DNA from: Gemmatimonadales bacterium
Lineage (GTDB): Bacteria; Gemmatimonadota; Gemmatimonadetes; Gemmatimonadales; GWC2-71-9
Assembly: GCA_046260395.1 (NCBI GenBank)
Contig: JBHEPH010000006.1
Location: 10,236 to 74,235 of the forward strand
Direction: 5' to 3'
Length of the DNA stretch: 64,000 nt
The stretch's first letter is position 1. Every line of letters begins with the position of its first letter. Positions 58,874-64,000 of the stretch are shown piece after piece. The notes below the pieces were generated by a model. That model was not told the DNA's origin. It made no database searches and saw only the letters and a program-made list of their open reading frames with translations. Position numbers and translations under genes: made by a program.

Positions 58874-60969
58874 TGCAGACCAGACTGCTCCTGACCGCGC
58901 TGGTCGCAGCCACCGCGATTCCCGCCGCTCTCCCCGCCCAGGGCTACCCGACCACTCCGCCTGCCGCCGGTCCGGTCCAGCCGATGCCCTTTCCTCCCTT
59001 CCGGGAGTTCAGCCTGCCGAATGGGCTCCAGGTGGTGCTGGTGGAGAGCCCCAAGCAGCCGGTTGTCTCGCTCTCCCTCTCCGTGCCCGCCGGCGGAATC
59101 CACGACCCTGCCGATCGCGAGGGAATGGCCGAGTTGACCGCCACCCTGTTGATCAAGGGCGCGGGTGAGATGACGGCGGAGCAGATCGCCGCGGCCATTG
59201 AGGGCGTCGGTGGCAGTCTCGGCGCCTCGGCGGACAGCGATTTCCTGACGATCACCAGCTTCGTGCTGACGCCCCACGTGCCCCTGGCCTTTGAGCTGAT
59301 GGCGGATGCCGTGATGCGTCCCACCTTCCCGGAGCGTGAAGTCGAACTGCTCCGGACCCAGACGCTCTCCGGCCTGCAGCTTGAGCAGACCCAGCCGGCC
59401 GCCATCGCCGGCCGGATGATGGCCCGGGAACTCTACGGGTCGCATCCCTACTCGCGCCGGCCCAGTCCGGCCAGCATCCGCGCCCTCACCCGCAGCGAGC
59501 TCAGTCAGTTTGCCGCCACGCGCGTCCGCCCCCAGGGCGCCCTGCTGGTGATCGCAGGTGACCTGACGGAGGCCGAGGCCAGGCGCCTGGCGACCAGTGC
59601 GTTCGGCGCCTGGACCGGTGCACCGCCAGCGGCACGGCCGCTACCGTCACCTCCCACGCGAGCCAGCACCGATATTCTCCTGGTGCACCGCCCCGGATCG
59701 GTGCAGGCGGACATCCGCGTCGGCAATCTCACCTACCCCCCGACCAACCCGCAGCAGTATGCGGCCCGCATGGCCAATCAGGTCCTCGGTGGTGCGGCCG
59801 ACAGCCGGTTGTTCATGACCCTGCGTGAGGAGAAGAGCTGGACATACGGCGCCTACTCCTCACTGGCCCGGCCGCGCGGTATCGGCAGCTTCGTTGCCAA
59901 TACGGAAGTGCGCACTGAAGTGGCCGACTCCGCGCTCACCGAACTGCTGGCTCAGATCCGCCGGATCACGACGGAACCCATTCCCCTGGAGGAGTTCGAG
60001 TCCGCCAAGGGCGCACTCGTGGGGCGCTTCCCACTCCAGGTGGAGACCGTTCAGCAGGTAGCGGCGCAGGTGGCAAGCGCCAAGCGGCTCGGCCTTCCGG
60101 ATGACTACCTGGCCACGTTCCGCACCCGCCTGGCCGCCGTCACGCCCGCGCAGGCGCTGGAGGGGGCCAGGGTGACCATGCGCCCCGAGGCCGCCGCCAT
60201 CGTGATCGTCGGCGACGCCCGCGAGCTGTATGATCGCCTGGCGGCCATCGCGCCGATCCGCCTGGCACGCGCCGACGGCACGCCGATGGACCGGGCGGAG
60301 CTGACGGCCGTTGCCTCGGGGCCGAGCCTGAACCTCGACCGCCTCGTTGCGCGGCGCGACAGCTTCGCGATCCGGGTGCAGGGGAATGATTTCGGCCACC
60401 AGGTGAACAGCCTGGAGCGCACCACCGATGGGTTCGTCTACCGCGAGTCGGTGCGGATCGCCACGTTCGTTGAGCAGGAGACGGAGGTTCGCATCGGGGC
60501 GGACGGCAGCTTCCGCTCCGGAACACAGCGCGGCAAGACCCAGGGAGCGGAATCCAGCGTCAACCTCGCCGTCGCGGGCGGTCGGATCACCGGCCGTGTG
60601 GTCATTCCTGAAACGCCGATGGGCCCGGCACGCACGGTGGAGGTGGACACGACATTCGCGCCCGGCACCCAGGAGTCCAACACCCTCGGGGCGCTGCTGC
60701 CGGCCTTGCCGTGGGCCGCGGGATCCACCTGGAGTTTCCCGGTCTTCAACCCGCTCGAGAGCACCATCGGGACCGTCACCATCGCAGTAACCGGTACCGA
60801 AACCGTCGAGGTGCCCGCGGGCAGCTATGAGGTCTATCGTGTCGAAATGGCCAGCGAGGGCACGGTCATGACCCTGTTCGTGACGACGGCGGCGCCCCAC
60901 CTCGTCGTGAAGATGGCACCTGTCGGACAGCCCGTCGAGTTCGTGCTGGTGCGGTCCGCTACTCCCTGA
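58873..60969 (+). CDS. M16-family peptidase, non-catalytic (HxxEH-less) subunit with a ~230-aa C-terminal extra domain
   Basis: Track ORF 58870..60969, with a GTGATG overlap onto the upstream stop. It has a signal peptide (LLLTALVAATAIPAALPAQ). The position of the zinc motif reads GMAELTATLL, so no HxxEH. The M16 core ends near aa 465, followed by a beta-rich extension to aa 699. Confidence 0.85.
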   Translation: MQTRLLLTALVAATAIPAALPAQGYPTTPPAAGPVQPMPFPPFREFSLPNGLQVVLVESPKQPVVSLSLSVPAGGIHDPADREGMAELTATLLIKGAGEMTAEQIAAAIEGVGGSLGASADSDFLTITSFVLTPHVPLAFELMADAVMRPTFPEREVELLRTQTLSGLQLEQTQPAAIAGRMMARELYGSHPYSRRPSPASIRALTRSELSQFAATRVRPQGALLVIAGDLTEAEARRLATSAFGAWTGAPPAARPLPSPPTRASTDILLVHRPGSVQADIRVGNLTYPPTNPQQYAARMANQVLGGAADSRLFMTLREEKSWTYGAYSSLARPRGIGSFVANTEVRTEVADSALTELLAQIRRITTEPIPLEEFESAKGALVGRFPLQVETVQQVAAQVASAKRLGLPDDYLATFRTRLAAVTPAQALEGARVTMRPEAAAIVIVGDARELYDRLAAIAPIRLARADGTPMDRAELTAVASGPSLNLDRLVARRDSFAIRVQGNDFGHQVNSLERTTDGFVYRESVRIATFVEQETEVRIGADGSFRSGTQRGKTQGAESSVNLAVAGGRITGRVVIPETPMGPARTVEVDTTFAPGTQESNTLGALLPALPWAAGSTWSFPVFNPLESTIGTVTIAVTGTETVEVPAGSYEVYRVEMASEGTVMTLFVTTAAPHLVVKMAPVGQPVEFVLVRSATP

Positions 60970-61077
60970 CGCGTACGATCCGGGTATAATCCAGCAGGCC
61001 TGTCAGGCCTCGTGTCCCAGCGGACATGGGGCCTGCTTGCTACCACCCACCATGCACGTCCAACCGAGGGATTCCCC

Positions 61078-62493
61078 ATGGCACGATGGATTCTCACAGC
61101 CTGGCTCCCGCTGGTTGCGGTGGGATGCGCCAGCGCCGGCGGGACCGGCGCCGGCGCCTCCCCGCCCAGCCCGGCGTCAGCCGCACCTGCCACCAGCCAC
61201 AGCTTCGAGCGGCCCCAGTACCCCTCGAGCTACCAGCGGCGAAGTTTTCCGGATGTCCTGATCCGCAACGCGACGATCATGACCGCCGCGGGTTCCGAGC
61301 TCCCCGGCACCTCGATCCTGCTCGCGGAGGGCCGGGTGGTGGCCATCGGGGCCAATCTTGCCGCGCCGGCAGGGGCCATGGTCATCGACGGAACTGGCAA
61401 ATTCATTACGCCCGGCCTGATTGATACCCACAGTCACCTCGGCGTATATGCCGCGCCCGGCACCCAGGCGGAATCGGATGGGAATGAACTGACCAACCCG
61501 GTCACTGCCGAGGTGTGGGCCGAGCACTCGGTGTGGCCCCAGGATCCACAGATTCCCCTCGCCGTCGCCGGTGGCGTGACCGTGATGCACGTGCTGCCCG
61601 GCTCGGGCAACCTGATCGGCGGCCGGTCGGTGACCCTTCGGCTGCTTCCCGCCCGCACGGTGCAGGAGCTCAAGTTCCCGGGCGCGCCCCACGGCGTGAA
61701 GATGGCCTGCGGGGAAAACCCAAAGCGCGTCTACGCCTCCCGGGGGCCCAGCACCCGGATGGGCAACATGGCCGGCTACCGGGCGGCCTTCATCGCAGCC
61801 GAGGCGTATCGCCAGCGGTGGGACAGCTGGCTCGCCAACCGGCGGGGCGATCCGCCCGCCAGGGACTTGCGGAACGAAACCCTTGCCGGGGTGCTCCGGG
61901 GCGAGATCCTGGTCCAGAACCATTGCTACCGCGCCGACGAAATGGCCTTCATGCTGGACCTGGCCCGTGAATTCGGCTTCACCATCCGCTCGTTTCATCA
62001 CGCCATCGAGGCCTACAAGATCGGTGACCTCCTGGCGGCGCACGGCACGGCGGCATCCGTCTGGGCCGACTGGGGCGGCTTCAAGATGGAGGCGTTCGAC
62101 GAAATCCTGGAGAATGCGGGGATCGTTCATGCGGCCGGGGCGCGGACGATCATTCACACCGACAGCCCCGACGGTATCCAGCGGATGAACCAGGATGCGG
62201 CCAAGGCCATGTTTGCCGCCCAGCGCGCCGGCTTGTCCGTCAGCCGGAACGACGCGCTCCGCTGGATTACCGCCAATCCGGCCTGGGCACTCGGCATCGA
62301 CGAGTGGACTGGCACCCTGGAGATCGGCAAGATGGCGGACGTGGTGATCTGGTCTGGCGACCCGTTTTCCATCTACAGCAAGGCGGAGAAAGTTTTCGCC
62401 GAAGGGTACCTCGTCTTCGACCGACTCGACCCGGCGCGCCAGTTCATGACCGACTTCAATCTCGGGCAGACCGCCCCGGGGGTGGGACGATGA
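61078..62493 (+). CDS. metal-dependent amidohydrolase, probable lipoprotein
   Basis: Track ORF 61012..62493, trimmed to the ATG at 61078 (MARWILTAWLPLVAVGCAS, lipobox-like). It has the HxH motif in PGLIDTHSHLG and the C-terminal motif MADVVIWSGDPF. Confidence 0.85.
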   Translation: MARWILTAWLPLVAVGCASAGGTGAGASPPSPASAAPATSHSFERPQYPSSYQRRSFPDVLIRNATIMTAAGSELPGTSILLAEGRVVAIGANLAAPAGAMVIDGTGKFITPGLIDTHSHLGVYAAPGTQAESDGNELTNPVTAEVWAEHSVWPQDPQIPLAVAGGVTVMHVLPGSGNLIGGRSVTLRLLPARTVQELKFPGAPHGVKMACGENPKRVYASRGPSTRMGNMAGYRAAFIAAEAYRQRWDSWLANRRGDPPARDLRNETLAGVLRGEILVQNHCYRADEMAFMLDLAREFGFTIRSFHHAIEAYKIGDLLAAHGTAASVWADWGGFKMEAFDEILENAGIVHAAGARTIIHTDSPDGIQRMNQDAAKAMFAAQRAGLSVSRNDALRWITANPAWALGIDEWTGTLEIGKMADVVIWSGDPFSIYSKAEKVFAEGYLVFDRLDPARQFMTDFNLGQTAPGVGR

Positions 62494-63731
62494 CCCGATC
62501 CTGGAGTTCCCTGGGCCTCGCCACGCTGGCGGTCATCGTCGGAGCAGGCCAGGCCGGCGGACAGACGATTGCCATCACGGGCGGCACGGTCTTCCCTGTT
62601 TCGGGGCCACGGATCGAGTCGGGTACCGTGCTGATCCGGGACGGCCGGATTGAGGCCGTTGGCGCAAACGTGGCCATTCCTGGCGATGCCACCAGAATCG
62701 ACGCGACCGGCAAGTGGGTAACCCCCGGCCTGATTCATGCCGCCACCAACGCCGGACTCGGGGTTCGCGGCCTCCAGGGATTCGGTGAGCGGGCACTGGC
62801 GGGCGAGGTGACGGCGGCCTTCAACGTCCGGGATGCCATCGATCCCCACGCGCTGGATCTGAGCGTGGCCCGGACCGGCGGAATCACCACGGGCGTGTTG
62901 GGGCCCTCGGGTCCCTTCGTCAATGGGCAGTCGGTGGTCGCCAACCTGGCTGGTGAGACCGTGGCGGCCATGGTGGTTCGATCCCCGGCCTCGCTGGTGA
63001 TCAACCTCACCGCCGCGGCACGGGAGGCGGGTGGCGGGAGCCGCGCGGGTGCGACGGCCCGGCTGCGCCTGATGTTTCAGGACGCCCGCACGCTCGCCGC
63101 GCGGCGGGGTGACTGGAGTCGTGCCCAGATGCAGCCGCTCTCGGCACCGGCGGTGCAACTGGAGGCGCTGCTGCCCGCCCTTGCCGGCGAGATGCTCGTG
63201 GTGTTCCAGGCCGACCGCGACCTCGACATTCTCAACGCCCTCGCCCTGGCCGAGGAGTTCTCCCTTCGTGTGATGATTCACGGGGGTGCCGAGGCCTGGA
63301 AGGTTGCCCCCCGACTGGCGGCGGCTGGCGTCCCGGTCGCCCTGACGCCGAACACCAGCATCCCGTCGTTCGACGGGCTGGGTGCCCGGCTCGACAACGC
63401 GACCCTCCTGAAGCAGGCGGGCGTGGAGGTGATCATCGCCCAGAATGATTCGGGCGGCGAGCGCAACCTGCGCTACGGAGCCGGCAACGCGGTCCGGAAC
63501 GGGATGAGCTGGGATGAGGCGATGCGAGCCGTCACGCTGGTGCCGGCCCGGGTCTTCGGCATTGCCGAAAACTATGGCAGCCTCGAGCCGAACAAGGTCG
63601 CGAACGTGGTGATCTGGTCAGGCGATCCGTTCGAGTTTGCCAGTGCCGTGGAACGCATGTTCATCCTGGGCCGGGAGGTTTCCCTCCGGACCCGGGAGAC
63701 AGAACTGATGGAGCGCTACCGGGATCGTTGA
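62490..63731 (+). CDS. amidohydrolase-family paralog lacking the HxH metal motif, secreted
   Basis: Track ORF 62304..63731, trimmed to the ATG at 62490 (ATGA overlap; MTRSWSSLGLATLAVIVGAGQAGGQ signal peptide). The equivalent motif reads PGLIHAATNAG. It shares the C-terminal VANVVIWSGDPF with the upstream gene. Confidence 0.8.
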   Translation: MTRSWSSLGLATLAVIVGAGQAGGQTIAITGGTVFPVSGPRIESGTVLIRDGRIEAVGANVAIPGDATRIDATGKWVTPGLIHAATNAGLGVRGLQGFGERALAGEVTAAFNVRDAIDPHALDLSVARTGGITTGVLGPSGPFVNGQSVVANLAGETVAAMVVRSPASLVINLTAAAREAGGGSRAGATARLRLMFQDARTLAARRGDWSRAQMQPLSAPAVQLEALLPALAGEMLVVFQADRDLDILNALALAEEFSLRVMIHGGAEAWKVAPRLAAAGVPVALTPNTSIPSFDGLGARLDNATLLKQAGVEVIIAQNDSGGERNLRYGAGNAVRNGMSWDEAMRAVTLVPARVFGIAENYGSLEPNKVANVVIWSGDPFEFASAVERMFILGREVSLRTRETELMERYRDR

Positions 63732-63740
63732 GCCACCTGG

Positions 63741-63768
63741 GAGGCGGCGGTCAACCGACCTCCGCCTC
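63741..63768. terminator. hairpin in a convergent gene junction (possible bidirectional terminator)
   Basis: GAGGCGGCGGTC-aacc-GACCTCCGCCTC, a 12-bp stem with one mismatch. It begins 9 nt after the amidohydrolase stop, and its 3' arm overlaps the last codons of the minus-strand ORF. No T-tract. Confidence 0.35.
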
Positions 63769-64000
63769 CTCGGCCTTCGGCGCCGGCTTGCTGTGCACCG
63801 TGTCCGGATGACCTTCTTCCTCGCTGATCCGGCGCTCGATCTCGCTGATCTGGTGCGTCAGGTCGTCCATGCGCGCGATGAGGCGCTCGTATTCACCGGC
63901 GGCTGGCGTGTCGCCACGTTCCCTGGCGTGCACGACCAGGCCAAGCTGGTAGGCTGCACGCCCTCGCAGGGCCACGAGCCCGGCCTTTTCCGCCTGGAGA
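63751..64000 (-). CDS. hypothetical coiled-coil protein, C-terminal fragment (frame stays open to the window end)
   Basis: Track ORF 63751..63975. The same frame has no stop up to 64000 (…LQAEKAGLVALRGRAAYQLG…EYERLIARMDDLTHQISEIERRISEEE…). No family recognised. Confidence 0.4.
   Translation of the reverse strand, partial: LQAEKAGLVALRGRAAYQLGLVVHARERGDTPAAGEYERLIARMDDLTHQISEIERRISEEEGHPDTVHSKPAPKAEEAEVG

Noticed and set aside
60985-60990. A perfect TATAAT hexamer 16 nt after the second M16 gene's stop, considered as a promoter for the amidohydrolase pair.
   Set aside because: There is no acceptable -35 element at 16-18 nt spacing and no TG extension. A single hexamer match is not sufficient evidence.
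1-64000. A whole-window search by eye for CRISPR arrays, long direct or inverted repeats, transposase, integrase or phage genes, toxin-antitoxin pairs, and defence-system hallmarks.
   Set aside because: None were recognised. Every sizeable ORF with sensible composition maps to a housekeeping or envelope function. A computational repeat and HMM scan would be needed to exclude short or degenerate elements.

Overview
This is a high-GC (roughly two-thirds G+C by eye, not computed), very gene-dense core-genome segment of a Gram-negative-type bacterium. The lineage cannot be fixed without a database search; the gene content would fit a Gemmatimonadota- or Acidobacteriota-like organism. About 68 protein-coding genes are called (three of them interrupted by frameshifts), 61 of them on the minus strand, plus one tRNA-Leu(CAA). 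Many adjacent genes have overlapping stop and start codons (ATGA, GTGA, TGATG). In coordinate order, minus strand unless noted, the content is:
- fabG(partial)-fabD-fabH-plsX-rpmF-yceD, ndk, sucD-sucC, a UPF0182-like membrane protein, and a phosphohexomutase.
- A 13-gene complex I operon (nuoA-B-CD-E-F-G-H-I-J-K-L-M-N), then dcd (+).
- A three-subunit b558-type sdhCAB, mdh, trmL, moaD-E-A, an HU/IHF protein, and gap-pgk-tpiA-secG-carA.
- dnaB-radA-ispD-tsaC-LMW phosphatase-aroE-comF, then udg, yicC-gmk-rpoZ and cls (+).
- pepA followed by a TonB-dependent-receptor-like protein, tRNA-Leu, tyrA and ppa (+).
- nfeD-floA plus an unknown gene, and an ECF sigma / anti-sigma / LTXXQ module.
- On the plus strand, a pair of M16 peptidases and a pair of amidohydrolases.

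I saw no rRNA, CRISPR array, transposase, integrase, phage or recognisable defence genes, and I do not see a convincing novel multi-gene system. This looks like an ordinary housekeeping region.

The items worth a second look are:
- Three single-nucleotide frameshifts at short G/C runs in normally essential genes (fabD, sucC, nuoL). These are most likely assembly indels.
- A ~180-bp AT-rich island inside an unusually long 570-bp divergent intergenic region.
- An envelope-stress-like ECF / anti-sigma / LTXXQ module next to an NfeD-FloA-unknown operon.
- An inactive M16 subunit carrying a ~230-aa unassigned C-terminal domain.

The many long antisense ORFs in the supplied track are high-GC artefacts.
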